This document shows positions 52,620 to 63,526 of a DNA stretch of 64,000 nt, in pieces. The translations under genes were made by a program, and so were the position numbers. The stretch's first letter is position 1, and every line of letters starts with the position of its first letter. The notes beneath the pieces were generated by a model. That model was not told the DNA's origin, ran no database searches, and saw nothing but the letters and a program-made list of their open reading frames with translations. The stretch is from Coleofasciculus chthonoplastes F2-STO-03 (lineage in GTDB: Bacteria; Cyanobacteriota; Cyanobacteriia; Cyanobacteriales; Coleofasciculaceae). The stretch lies in assembly GCA_040222015.1 (NCBI GenBank), contig JAVJWO010000125.1, positions 1-64,000 on the forward strand, in the 5' to 3' direction.

Positions 52620-52811
52620 ATGGCTCAAGTTATTATTGGAGAAAATGAAGGAATTGAATCTGGACTTCGGCGATTTAAGCGCAAAGTATCTCGTGCTGGG
52701 ATTTTCTCAGACATGAAGAAGAACCGCTTTTTTGAAACTCCCTTGGAAAAGCACAAACGCAAGGAAATAGCCAGACACCGACAACAACGTAGATATCGCA
52801 AACGGCGGTGA
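52620..52811 (+). CDS. rpsU: 30S ribosomal protein S21
   Basis: [29 protein letters not shown]. Confidence 0.95.
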   Translation: MAQVIIGENEGIESGLRRFKRKVSRAGIFSDMKKNRFFETPLEKHKRKEIARHRQQRRYRKRR

Positions 52812-53036
52812 TAAATTGCTTGTGTTCTTGACCTTTTCCACTACGTTAGTAAGGCTTCGCAGACCTTAAAAGTCAAAAGCTTTCCCTCAAAGGTGGTGAA
52901 GCGTCAAGTGTAGGGGCGGGTTTAGCTACTCAGGTAAGCGGGTTAATGATAACCTCTCAACAAAACCCGCCCTCATTAACGTATTCGTAGGAGTGTTCGC
53001 GTTTCCCTGAGTTATTTAACCGACGTTTTAGCGTAC

Positions 53037-55442
53037 CTATGGAACTCGCAAGGTAACTCGAATCGTTCCAGTAACAGATTCTAAAGTAGACCATCCTAAG
53101 AGCGATCGCCGAATTGGATCGACAATGGTGGTATCCTGTAACGTTGACTCGATATCGTCGAGGATCACTCGTTGAACCGCACCATCGCGAATCTGTAACT
53201 CAAAGATAATTTCTCCTGTGAAACCCTCTGGGAGATTCAGGTATTGTAAATGTTGAGTCAGAGACGCGATCGCATCTTTTTCTTTTTCCGGTTCTAACCC
53301 TTCAATCTTCATCACCTCAAGTTGAGCAGAACCTTGGTGGGTTATGTCAGCAGACTCCGACTCAAGCATACTTCCCCCACCGCCTCTAGTTCCCCCAGCT
53401 TGTCTAATCCGGGGTATTGCAGCAGGGGAGGTAGGTGCCAAGTTAGCGGTTCCACTCATATTCCCGACATCATCCGCACCAAAAATCCCTTCATAACTCA
53501 CCCCTTCTGGTAACTCCACCGGAACTTGTACCCGTCGCCGCGTTCCATCGGTTTCCACTCGGACTTCTTCACTCACCGCCACAAATGCCGTATATTGGGA
53601 TAATAAGCGATAATCCAACGCCGTCTGCGTTACCGCCTCTACACCTGACTTAGTTTCACCGCCAAACATTTGATGGATCAAGTCTTTAATCCGGGCGCGT
53701 CCCCACAATTGAGCAATCGCCGGATTATCGCTACTTTGATCAAAATTAACGGATAGGGTTCGTTCATAACGTTGACCCCCCGCCGCCATCCCGGTAATCT
53801 TAATCGTGCCATTACGACGGTCTGATTTCCGTCCAAACAAAACCAAAGGCTGATTAGCAAACAAATCGGGTGCAGCTAGGGGATAGATTTGCGTCGATGT
53901 CCCCTCTCCTTGCCAAGTGACCTGAATATCTGTTAATACTGGATTATTAATTTGGCGGACGAATATTTCCGCCACCGCCTCCGTGGGTTCATCCTGACGA
54001 AGAATTTGGGCTGTACCCCGCCCCACCTCCGCTAAACGGTTCAGCAAGAAGCGATTCACCGAACTCCCGACACCGAAACTATAGAGACGATTACCCGGTT
54101 TGATTTGTCGTTGTACTTCAGCAATTACCTCCGATTCATTGCCAATATAGCCATCGGTGAGTAAAACCACACTTCGCAGGCGATTCGGTGCAGATGGCGG
54201 GAAGTTTAACACCGCCCGCATCCCATTCATTAATTCTGTACCGCCATTTGCCTGCAACCCATTAATATAATTCAATGCCTGAGTGCGATTTGGGGCAGTA
54301 TTTGCTAAAGGTTGCGGCGACAGTTGAGTCGTCGTATTGGCAAAATCGATAATAGTAAACGTATCCTCTGGATTCAACCCATTAATAAAGCGGCGCATCA
54401 ATTCCTGTGACTTCTGCAACGGTTCACCCCGTTGAGAACCCGATGTATCCATAAGAAAGACGACATCCTTGGGGACAATTTCATTAGGGCGATAGTCTAG
54501 GGCGGGGATGAGGTAAAGGGCAAAATGTCCACCCCGTTCATCGGCTTGGGAAAGGATAGTAGCTTGCGTGCGATCGCCTGCGACTTGATAGCGTAAAATT
54601 AGGTCTTTGTTGGGAATTGTGTCTTCCCCACCTAACTGTACTTGTACGGTTTCACCTCGGCGTTGGCTGCGAATCTGATGGGAAGGGGAACGCACATCCT
54701 GAATCGGTACACCAGCATTAATCTCTACGGTTACATTAATATCATGTCCCGAACGAGTTCCCGGCTTGAGAACTGGGGGAGTAATGCGGGAGGCGTCGGG
54801 GACTTGGTTCGTATTTCCACTATTATCCATGGGAGTACCGGGAATATAGCGGAGTCCGACAACCATGGGAAACACAAATTCATAGTCACCGCCCTGAAAT
54901 TTTAGGCTATCGGTGTAGCGAATTGTGACATCAATCTGTTCTCCGGGTTTGATATTCGCCAGAGACTGGGTAAAGATATTGGCCCCTTCTTGTTCTAGGA
55001 GTCCAGCCGTTCGTCCTTCCTGACGCGCCTGTTCGTAAATAGCTTGGGCTTCCTCACGTTTTTTAATCTCCCCTTTAATCGTGCGATCGCCGATTTTAAT
55101 CTCCATATCATACACTGCCGCCTCATCAGGCAAGGGGAAGACATAGACAGCTTCTAAGGGTTTTGCAAAGGGGTTCTCAAAGGTTTGGGTTACTTCAACC
55201 TGAGAGACATTTCCTGTAACTTTGGCATTCACCTCGGTATGCTTGAGGGGAAAAACCTGTTGTTGTCCCTCTTCCGATTGAACGTATAAGCCGCCGACAG
55301 AACGTTCTTCTTGATTGTTGGCGAGAGTTTGGCTAATCACTCGTGTCGGTATCTTAGCCGGAACTTGAGCTAAGGTTATCGGAACAACTACGAAGATACC
55401 ACTTAGGCATAAAGTTATGGGTATAGCCTCGATAAATTTCAT
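53037..55442 (-). CDS. VIT-VWA (vault/inter-alpha-trypsin) domain protein
   Basis: EAVYVFPLP VIT motif, DTSGS MIDAS, LLTDG, signal peptide. Confidence 0.9.
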   Translation of the reverse strand: MKFIEAIPITLCLSGIFVVVPITLAQVPAKIPTRVISQTLANNQEERSVGGLYVQSEEGQQQVFPLKHTEVNAKVTGNVSQVEVTQTFENPFAKPLEAVYVFPLPDEAAVYDMEIKIGDRTIKGEIKKREEAQAIYEQARQEGRTAGLLEQEGANIFTQSLANIKPGEQIDVTIRYTDSLKFQGGDYEFVFPMVVGLRYIPGTPMDNSGNTNQVPDASRITPPVLKPGTRSGHDINVTVEINAGVPIQDVRSPSHQIRSQRRGETVQVQLGGEDTIPNKDLILRYQVAGDRTQATILSQADERGGHFALYLIPALDYRPNEIVPKDVVFLMDTSGSQRGEPLQKSQELMRRFINGLNPEDTFTIIDFANTTTQLSPQPLANTAPNRTQALNYINGLQANGGTELMNGMRAVLNFPPSAPNRLRSVVLLTDGYIGNESEVIAEVQRQIKPGNRLYSFGVGSSVNRFLLNRLAEVGRGTAQILRQDEPTEAVAEIFVRQINNPVLTDIQVTWQGEGTSTQIYPLAAPDLFANQPLVLFGRKSDRRNGTIKITGMAAGGQRYERTLSVNFDQSSDNPAIAQLWGRARIKDLIHQMFGGETKSGVEAVTQTALDYRLLSQYTAFVAVSEEVRVETDGTRRRVQVPVELPEGVSYEGIFGADDVGNMSGTANLAPTSPAAIPRIRQAGGTRGGGGSMLESESADITHQGSAQLEVMKIEGLEPEKEKDAIASLTQHLQYLNLPEGFTGEIIFELQIRDGAVQRVILDDIESTLQDTTIVDPIRRSLLGWSTLESVTGTIRVTLRVP

Positions 55443-55681
55443 ACACGTCTCATTAAAAAAGTTTGGAAACTTTATGTAGTTTATGTAGGGTGGGCAAGAG
55501 TTATAAAATTCAAATGCTTATAGTATCGTTCGTTGCTCTTGCCCACCACAGGAGTACTTTAAGCTGATTACCAGTAAGGCAAGATATGAGTATAACTTAA
55601 AAGAGTTGGGAGTGCGAGAGTCTTAAGTTGTGACTATCGGGTAATCCAGACTGATAACAAAGATGGAAAGTTTCGCCACAT

Positions 55682-55991
55682 CTACTCATCCTCCTGATCG
55701 AATAATTCTAACAAACCCACTGTACCCACAAAGAACGTATAAGTTCCATAGACGATGGGTGTCTTTTGTCTAGAAGGCGCATAAACCGCCGCGATAATCG
55801 CTTCCACTAAATGAATGGTAACGGCAAAACGCCCCAGCCAAAAAACAGGTTCAAGGATTGTGGGGACACTCAGATCACTGAATAAAGCATAAATATTCCA
55901 GAGTTCTAGTGCAATTGCACCACTGATCAGACTGGTGGATATAACTTTTATGGCGTTGAAAAAGTTTTTTTTTGATGGACTTTAACTGCAT
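55682..55991 (-). pseudogene. small membrane protein gene frameshifted at an A9 tract
   Basis: ATG 55991; with A8 it reads MQLKSIKKNFFNAIKVISTSLISGAIALELWN...YTFFVGTVGLLELFDQEDE*; the span is 310 nt (3n+1). Confidence 0.7.
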
Positions 55992-56289
55992 AACCTGAGT
56001 CAAATGTTTTGAATGTTTATTAGCTTACCATAAAACTCCCTGAAGATTTCCTGGTTCTGCCGCTAGGTCAGGGATTGTAAGGATTATCAGTGAAAAGAAT
56101 ACCCTTTCTTTTTTGTCTTTCTTGCTCCCCTCTCCCCTGGTGGAGAGGGGCTGGGGGTGAGGGGGTTGTAGCTTAAGTTGACACCCATGGTCGCTGATAA
56201 AATGTGGCAGTGTCAGAATTAGAATTAACTTGTCTCGACTCGTCCCCGTCTAATGTACGCCGTATCAGATAATTCCCGATGCTTAATCT

Positions 56290-56620
56290 AGGGCTACCCG
56301 GTAAAATTAAAAGGTTGGTGGTTTTCATTCGTGCAGCGGGTCGCCCCTACAGGGTTTGCTTTTAATTTCTGATACCTGATCTATGGTTTATGTGATAAAA
56401 ATAGGGTAATTGCGTTAATTTTCCTGCGTTTTTTCGGCGGTGTTTACCTTTAATTGCCCATACCTAATTCAGGGCGACCCGATAAAATTGATCGGTTGGT
56501 TATGTTCATTGGTGCAGCGGGTCGCCCCTACAGGGTTTGCTTTTAATTCCCGATACCCGATTCAGGATTCCCCCGATAAAATTAATAGGTTGGTTATGTT
56601 AATTTGTGCAGCGGGTCGTC
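56290..56620. repeat. three degenerate inverted copies of the GGGCGACCCG REP family
   Basis: GTGCAGCGGGTCG(C/T)CC recurs at about 56331, 56512 and 56606. Confidence 0.75.
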
Positions 56621-56668
56621 CAGTAGTTGTTTTTGATTATAGACAAGTGATGAGAGGAAGAGATTACC

Positions 56669-57547
56669 ATGTCTATCCGTAATAACATAGGAGAGCTTTT
56701 GTTAAAGCCAATCATAAGCGTCCTGATTGGTCAAGACAAACTCCAGTTCTATGAAACCATTGATTGGCAAAAGCAGAGTGAACGTTTCCGACAAACTAAT
56801 CTCATTTATCCCGACTATTATAGCCAGCCCGATTTTCATGGTATTGAAGGCGGCTATCTTAATCCTATAGCGGCTATCACCTATGATACTGTGACGGCTT
56901 ATGCTTCCCCACCCAATGAAACTCGGATTCGCGAACAGTTAATAACGACTATTGAGAACCAGCCCAGTAGAATTCTCGATCTCGGTTGCGGTACAGGTTC
57001 GACAACATTGATGTTAAAGCAGGCGTTTCCGGAAGCCGTTGTTATCGGATTGGATTTGTCTCCGTATATGCTGATTGTGGCAGACTACAAAGCAGAGCAA
57101 GCAGGGTTAGATATACAATGGCAGCATGGTTTAGCTGAATCTGCGGGTTTTGATGATGCTTCGTTGGATTTAGTCACAGTCTCCATGGTATTGCACGAAA
57201 CACCACCCCTGATTTCTCAGTTAATCGTACAAGAATGCTGTCGCTTGCTGGAACCTGGAGGACAATTGATTATTCTGGATGGAAATCAACGGAAACTTCG
57301 TTATGCTCACTGGTTGATAGAACTCTTCCGAGAACCTTATTCAAAGGACTATGCTGATCATCGTGTAGAAGATTGGATGATAGCGAGTTTTTTTAAACAG
57401 GTGCAAACTGAATATGTGGGATGGATTCATCAAGTAACGTCTGGGATTAAACCCGTCTCTCCCAGATTTGATTTGAATAATTTTGAGTTAGTTAAACGAG
57501 AGGAATTAATCAAGCGTTATTCACAACATAAGTCTCTGATTGAGTAA
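56669..57547 (+). CDS. class I SAM-dependent methyltransferase
   Basis: ILDLGCGTGS, GLDLSPYML, LHETP. Confidence 0.9.
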   Translation: MSIRNNIGELLLKPIISVLIGQDKLQFYETIDWQKQSERFRQTNLIYPDYYSQPDFHGIEGGYLNPIAAITYDTVTAYASPPNETRIREQLITTIENQPSRILDLGCGTGSTTLMLKQAFPEAVVIGLDLSPYMLIVADYKAEQAGLDIQWQHGLAESAGFDDASLDLVTVSMVLHETPPLISQLIVQECCRLLEPGGQLIILDGNQRKLRYAHWLIELFREPYSKDYADHRVEDWMIASFFKQVQTEYVGWIHQVTSGIKPVSPRFDLNNFELVKREELIKRYSQHKSLIE

Positions 57548-57590
57548 ATGATACGAGTGTAATTTTTAGATACAGCAATTTGTCCAAACT

Positions 57591-59885
57591 TTAATAATTT
57601 TCATAAAAATGTTCGCGCAGCAAGTCATGAATAAACCGATAACGTCCACCCACTTGCTGAATAAAACCTAACTCACGTCCATAGCTAAAAAAATGTTGAT
57701 AATTGCGGGGAATTGCGCCACTCCACCACAGGATTAGGCGCAGTACAATATGCTGAATACAAGCCAATCCTGCACAAAAGTATCCTACTAATAGTGCAAA
57801 AATTAATCCTAAAATTACAACGACTTCTATTTCGACAGCTTTTTCAGAAATTAATCTTTGGCTTAGATAAAGAAATGCCATAAAAATTGGGGTGGCGGAC
57901 AAATAGAAAATTACTGAATGCTTTGCGGTTTCTATAAAGCCTTGATTTGGATAACGGCTAGCTGTTTTTTCTGAGCTGCTACCCAAGCTAAAAAATACTA
58001 TAATAATTACAGCAAATATTGAACCAAATACCGCATCTTTTACTGAAAATATCTCCAAAAAAGTTAAGCCCATAGTAGTCAGAAAATAATAGGATGCCCA
58101 CGAAAGTATTTTTCTCCAAGGAAACTCAAGGGATTTAACCATTTTTATTTTGCGATTAAAGCTCCATACAAATCCTATAATTCCTGCCAATAAGCCAAAA
58201 AATAAACTAAGTATTAATCCATGAACTAAACCACTAATCCATCCGTCATAGACTCCAAAAACTATACAGGACATAATAAAAACAAACAGAAAATTAATTA
58301 ATCCTGATCCTAGACCAACTCCAATACGATAGATCCACTTCTGTATATTATTTTTCAGCCAACTTGGCTGCATTTTTTCAATAAAAAATTCCGTCTGCTT
58401 TTCATCTCTGAGCTTGTTAGCCAACCAGCTCAACCAGTGTTTTGTTTCCTGCTTTGTATACCTCGACTGTGGCGAAGGCTTGTCTAAGCGATGCTCAAGG
58501 TAAGTATCAAACAATTCCTGACGACATTTTGCATGATACTCTTTAAGTTCTTGAAGAGTATTGAATTGCTTTTTCGCACGAATCAGTCCATTTGGATAAG
58601 CCCATGGAATTATAGATAAAAATAGTGGTATTTTTGCCAACTCTAGAAGTCCTTCAGGATTATCCTTAATCGGTTTCCAAAGATGGCTACATCCCAATTG
58701 TTTCAAATAGTATTCAATTTGCATTTCTGTTAGAGGTTGCAGACTAACGGCTCCCCGTAACTGGTCTAAAATTCTTGCTCCTTGACTGTATTCTTCCTGA
58801 CGACAGCAAACGATAAGTGATTGACCGGGAATTGATCTCAGAAACTCATTTATTTTCTCAATGCATTTCACCTGACGAGTTAATCCCAACTCATCCAAAC
58901 CATCTAATAAGGGTAATAGCTGATCTCTAGTAATCCAGTTACGGCTAATTGCTTCTGGGATAGTGTAGCGTTCCTTCAAATCAGCGACTAACCAATCAAC
59001 AATTGATTGTTTATCATCCTTCCAGTTGGATAGCTCAAATATTACTGGAATCTGCTGATTAGGTTGTTTTTGAGTACGTTCAATCAAATATTTGGCGAGT
59101 TCCAGCAGTGTTGTGGTTTTTCCTGAACCGGGCGCACCTAGTATTAACAATCTCCCGGCAATATCATCTCGATTAAAAACATCAATAATTTTATTGTCCA
59201 GGTTTAGTAAGGTTTTTCCTCCTGTACCAATTTTCAGTGATCGATTAGGTTGCAGCCATCGTTCCCAGAAAGCTGGACGAGAGTTTATTGTCTTTTTTGT
59301 AGGTCGTCCTACCAGTTCTCGTTGGTCTTTCATCCCTAATGGAATGAACTGATCATTATGCAGGGAGTCTTCCAGCCGCTTATTGACTTCAGTCATCATG
59401 ACTTGCAGTAGTTCTCGCCGCCAATCATCCGGTGTTAGCTGAGATGTTGGAAATACAGTATTCCTAGATATTGCTTGTACTATACCTCTCGGATGTATTA
59501 GGATAGAAGGTAGGATTGCACCCACAACAAACAATACCAAGGCGACGTAAAATATTTCTTGGCTGTATTCCAGGGGAAGAAAACCGCTTTTGAGTCCAGC
59601 GTAAAGCGTTACACTTAGAAGTACGGGTATGCCGCTCGCCAAAGCCACCGTCTGAGTTGCTGACTGCGACTGAGATGCTGTTGATGATGAATCACTGGTC
59701 AGCATATTGATGGACGCGAGTGCCACAATAGCTGCTCCAATTAGCCCAAAAATCAAAACGTCTGTTTGAGATAAACCTTTTGAAGACAATGTTTCTGTAC
59801 TGGATATCTGGTTAATTAGATATCCAACGACAACATTTACCATAGCCGCTATCAGTTGTATGAGGAATCGCAGGAGTTTAGACAT
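57591..59885 (-). CDS. NACHT NTPase with N- and C-terminal TM helices
   Basis: GAPGSGKTT, LLDGLDE, CCR, QQVGGRYRFIHDLLREHF. Confidence 0.9.
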   Translation of the reverse strand: MSKLLRFLIQLIAAMVNVVVGYLINQISSTETLSSKGLSQTDVLIFGLIGAAIVALASINMLTSDSSSTASQSQSATQTVALASGIPVLLSVTLYAGLKSGFLPLEYSQEIFYVALVLFVVGAILPSILIHPRGIVQAISRNTVFPTSQLTPDDWRRELLQVMMTEVNKRLEDSLHNDQFIPLGMKDQRELVGRPTKKTINSRPAFWERWLQPNRSLKIGTGGKTLLNLDNKIIDVFNRDDIAGRLLILGAPGSGKTTTLLELAKYLIERTQKQPNQQIPVIFELSNWKDDKQSIVDWLVADLKERYTIPEAISRNWITRDQLLPLLDGLDELGLTRQVKCIEKINEFLRSIPGQSLIVCCRQEEYSQGARILDQLRGAVSLQPLTEMQIEYYLKQLGCSHLWKPIKDNPEGLLELAKIPLFLSIIPWAYPNGLIRAKKQFNTLQELKEYHAKCRQELFDTYLEHRLDKPSPQSRYTKQETKHWLSWLANKLRDEKQTEFFIEKMQPSWLKNNIQKWIYRIGVGLGSGLINFLFVFIMSCIVFGVYDGWISGLVHGLILSLFFGLLAGIIGFVWSFNRKIKMVKSLEFPWRKILSWASYYFLTTMGLTFLEIFSVKDAVFGSIFAVIIIVFFSLGSSSEKTASRYPNQGFIETAKHSVIFYLSATPIFMAFLYLSQRLISEKAVEIEVVVILGLIFALLVGYFCAGLACIQHIVLRLILWWSGAIPRNYQHFFSYGRELGFIQQVGGRYRFIHDLLREHFYENY

Positions 59886-60038
59886 GGGGATTTGGTACGA
59901 TACACTTTGCCAGTTATGATTTAATTACCACTATAGTATCTACTAATTTTAGTGGCTGTTAGATTAACCTAGTCCACCCTGTAAAGCGCTAACATATAGC
60001 ACTCCCCCTGTAGGGAACGTTTAACAAAATTTTAAGGC

Positions 60039-60900
60039 GTGATGACAACTATTGAATGGATGCAGGAACTGCTAGGACAACGCTTGCAGCCGTTAATCTT
60101 TGCGATTACCAATCTCGGTTCAGAGTATGCCTACATCGCCTTCCTCACCCTCTATTACTGGTTAATTGATCCGTGGACAGGTCGTCAGTTAGGATTATTC
60201 CTAGGGATTAGTTATGGGTGTAATACAATCCTCAAAGAACTGTTTGACATACCTCGTCCCTTCGAGTTAAATCCGGATATCGCCTCTGCTGACGCGATCG
60301 CGACGAGTGAAAATGCGTCTTTTCCCAGTGGACATGTCCAAGGTTCAGCAACCTTTTGGATTTACTTATCCTTACACCATCGTCGTCTCTGGCTATAGGT
60401 GTGGAGTGTCGTTATTCTTCCCCTAATTGCCGTATCGCGCCTCTACTTAGGGGTTCACTTTCCTCTCGATGTAGTCGCTGGATTGATGGTAGGTATTCTT
60501 TTTGCGGGGATAGGTACAATCTGGTCTATTCCGGTACAATCTGGTCTATTCCGGTAAAACCGAGGTTTATCGTTCAGGTTACAGTTGTCGTCGTGACGTT
60601 TTTTCTAGCCAGTGTATGGGAACCTTTAGCGCGTTCTTTGGGAGTCGTTACTGGCTTTTTCCTCACTCAACCTAAGTTTACACCACCCTCCACTTGGAAA
60701 GGACGATTGCTCTTGGGCGGAATCGGTCTAATCTTAGTATTAGCCCTTTTTATCGGTTCGAGATGGGTGTTAGGGGACTGGCGTAATCAAGGATGGGTCA
60801 CCTATTGGCGCTATAGTCTGCTTACCCTATTCGCTACTGAGGTTGTACCTAGATTCTTCATCGCAAAACTTGGTAAGTGGCTCATCTTATTGCCCAGAAA
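60039..60900 (+). pseudogene. PAP2-family phosphatase pseudogene
   Basis: K..FDIPRP, SFPSGH, SRLYLGVHFPLDV; TAG at 60396-60398 and a 20-bp tandem duplication at 60513-60552; 3' end approximate. Confidence 0.85.
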
Positions 60901-61043
60901 AAATCGATGTATTGAGACTGGTGCAAAATGTGAGTTATACCAAACCTGGACTTACTATCCCCTTCATAATTCAGTCCGCGCAGGCGGACTTTGTTTGTAT
61001 CGCCGTGACTTCCAGCCACCAGGGCAAAAAGGGATTTTCCGTT

Positions 61044-61337
61044 TTAGTCAACCGACGGTAAGGGAGGTTCTTCTTCCTTAACTCTGCGGATAGGAAGATT
61101 GGCAATTAATGCTGTTGCTCGTTGGTTACTTTCTAGGGTAAACTCCAAACCCTCTTGATCAATCTCCACATAACGAGACACTACTTCTAGGATTTCGGAA
61201 CGCATTGACTCAATCATCTGGGGACTGAGATCGGCGCGATCGTGGGCAATAACCAGCTGTAGGCGGCGTTTTACTTCCGCTCGACTGTTACTGGCACTTG
61301 TCCAGGGAAAAAGTCGTTCTAGAAGTTCGCTAATCAT
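61044..61337 (-). CDS. minE: cell division topological specificity factor
   Basis: [33 protein letters not shown]. Confidence 0.95.
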   Translation of the reverse strand: MISELLERLFPWTSASNSRAEVKRRLQLVIAHDRADLSPQMIESMRSEILEVVSRYVEIDQEGLEFTLESNQRATALIANLPIRRVKEEEPPLPSVD

Positions 61338-61420
61338 GGGGTTTTGCATCCGTGGTGAGTGAGGAGTGAGGAGTGATGAGTTGGGTTAATTGAAAACTCA
61401 ACACTCAAAATTTCAATACT

Positions 61421-62218
61421 TCAACTGCGGAACATGCGACGGATACGATTAATTAAGGTGTCATGTTCTGCCATCAAATCGAGGAAGGGAACTTTATCGC
61501 CTTCCAAACGCCGAGCAATATTGTGAATAGCAATACCGGGAAGCGTGAGATTTTCCGCCAGGGCTAAGGGTTCACCCCGATTGCTAGAAACAATCACGCG
61601 CTCATCATCAGGAATCACGCCAATTAAGGGAATTGCCAGAATCTCTTGGACATCTTGAACAGACATCATTTGGTCAGCTTGCACCATGGCGGGTTTGAGA
61701 CGATTGACAATCAGGAAGATGCGCTTTATGCCTTGAGCTTCCAGTAAACCCACAACGCGATCAGCATCTCGCACCGCCGCAATTTCTGGCGTCGTCACGA
61801 TTAACGCCTCCGACGCCGCAATAATCGCGTTACGGAATCCCATTTCGATTCCGGCTGGAGAGTCAACCAAGATGTACTCATACTTCTGAGATAGCACAGC
61901 GATGAGTTTTTTCATTTGCTCAGGGCTAACCGCTTCTTTGTTACGGCTTTGGGCAGCAGGAAGCAGTACCAATCCCTCTTGGCGCTTGTCTTTAACCAAC
62001 GCTTGTTCTAAGCGACATTGCCCTGCGAATACTTCAATGGCGGTATACACCACCCGATTTTCTAGCCCCAGGAGCAAATCTAAGTTTCTCAATCCAAAAT
62101 CGGCGTCAACAAGTGCCACCTGACGACCTAATTTCGCGATCGCCGCGCCTAAATTCGCCGTAACCGTTGTTTTCCCCACCCCTCCTTTGCCAGAGGTGAT
62201 CACTATAATACGACTCAT
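61421..62218 (-). CDS. minD: septum site-determining ATPase
   Basis: SGKGGVGKTT, GLRNLDLLLGLE, DSPAGIE. Confidence 0.98.
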   Translation of the reverse strand: MSRIIVITSGKGGVGKTTVTANLGAAIAKLGRQVALVDADFGLRNLDLLLGLENRVVYTAIEVFAGQCRLEQALVKDKRQEGLVLLPAAQSRNKEAVSPEQMKKLIAVLSQKYEYILVDSPAGIEMGFRNAIIAASEALIVTTPEIAAVRDADRVVGLLEAQGIKRIFLIVNRLKPAMVQADQMMSVQDVQEILAIPLIGVIPDDERVIVSSNRGEPLALAENLTLPGIAIHNIARRLEGDKVPFLDLMAEHDTLINRIRRMFRS

Positions 62219-63000
62219 GAATTTAACAATAACTGGGTCTTAGCAAAATCAGCAGCTCTAGCAATACGAATACCTTGGGGTGTGACATACGCCACTTCTG
62301 GATAAAACTCAATCGGTGGCGTCTCCGGTGCCCTAGCCACAGCATCCGCAATTCGGAGTTGGGTGGGTTCCATTTTCAGAGCCATAATCCGACAGGAACG
62401 ATTGCCATCAGCTCCCGCATGAGCTACCCCGCGTAGACGCCCCCAAATGAAGATGTCTCCGGCTGCAATCACTGTACCCCCTGGATTTAGGTCTCCCAGT
62501 ATAACAATAGTACCAGGATGCCTAATTTCTACACCCGATCGCACGGTCATTTGTAAGTATAGGGGTTCGGTTAACTCCTGAGAGAGTTCAGGGGTTTGAT
62601 GGAGAGAATAAGTCGCCGATTGTTGCTCGACACAATACCCGGCTGTCGCCGCAGCAACGGCTGTTTGGCGTCGGCTGGTGTACACCCGTGAGATTCGCAG
62701 CCCAACGTCGTTCAATACATCCGCGATCGCTTGTAACTTCAGTCCATCCAATAATTGGTCACCTGCCATCAGATGTACTGTACCCGGCACTTGCCAAAAG
62801 CGATCGCTTCCGTGACAGCGATGCTTAAACTGCTGCCACAAATTAGCCCAACTGGCATCGGACATAGTTTCTACCGAGGGTAATATAAGCTGTAGCCCTT
62901 CCTCGGTCTGTTTCAGACGGACTTGAGACTGGCAATCCATTGCCATGTCGCTCTCGGCAACCGTTGACATAAATAATAGTTGGTCAGAATCTGAAGTCAT
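62215..63000 (-). CDS. minC: septum site-determining protein
   Basis: TVRSG, GDLNPGG, WGRLRGVAHAG, PTQLRIA. Confidence 0.95.
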   Translation of the reverse strand: MTSDSDQLLFMSTVAESDMAMDCQSQVRLKQTEEGLQLILPSVETMSDASWANLWQQFKHRCHGSDRFWQVPGTVHLMAGDQLLDGLKLQAIADVLNDVGLRISRVYTSRRQTAVAAATAGYCVEQQSATYSLHQTPELSQELTEPLYLQMTVRSGVEIRHPGTIVILGDLNPGGTVIAAGDIFIWGRLRGVAHAGADGNRSCRIMALKMEPTQLRIADAVARAPETPPIEFYPEVAYVTPQGIRIARAADFAKTQLLLNS

Positions 63001-63283
63001 GCAACCACAGGCGTTCTTATCGGCAAACAATCTAAATTAAACGACATCGTACCTTAAGCGCAAGTCTTGGTCGAGAATTTCTTCAAGGGTGTTCCTTCAA
63101 CCTAGAACTTCCGACAAGTTCCCTGAGATGCTAATAAATAGTAATAATAATTATTTGAATGGGGGGTTAGAGAGACTGGGCTAAACGCTAACGTCCAGAG
63201 TCAAGCGTTTTCACCAGTTCTCTGGTGGATATCAACATCTCCCCCCTTATCAGGTCTGACCCCTGTAGAGTAGAGTGGTATGT

Positions 63284-63526
63284 TTAAGTCAGTGGTGGAC
63301 TACTCACCTCTTGAACCGTTGAAGCTGGCGATTGTTCTACTTCATCCCTTGAAGATGTAGTGTTTTGTGTCAGACCCGCTGAAGTAGCATAAATGTCGGT
63401 CAAAGAGTTAGCTAAGTATTGCGAACTCTTTTTTGTGCGTTGAGCTACCATTAACAGCAAGTAAATCGCGACCAAATAAACAGTTGCCAGAACAGGAATA
63501 ATCAAAGGCATATCAGTGTAAATCAT
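63284..63526 (-). CDS. small single-TM hypothetical protein
   Basis: MIYTDMPLIIPVLATVYLVAIYLLLMVAQR hydrophobic helix; start uncertain. Confidence 0.5.
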   Translation of the reverse strand: MIYTDMPLIIPVLATVYLVAIYLLLMVAQRTKKSSQYLANSLTDIYATSAGLTQNTTSSRDEVEQSPASTVQEVSSPPLT

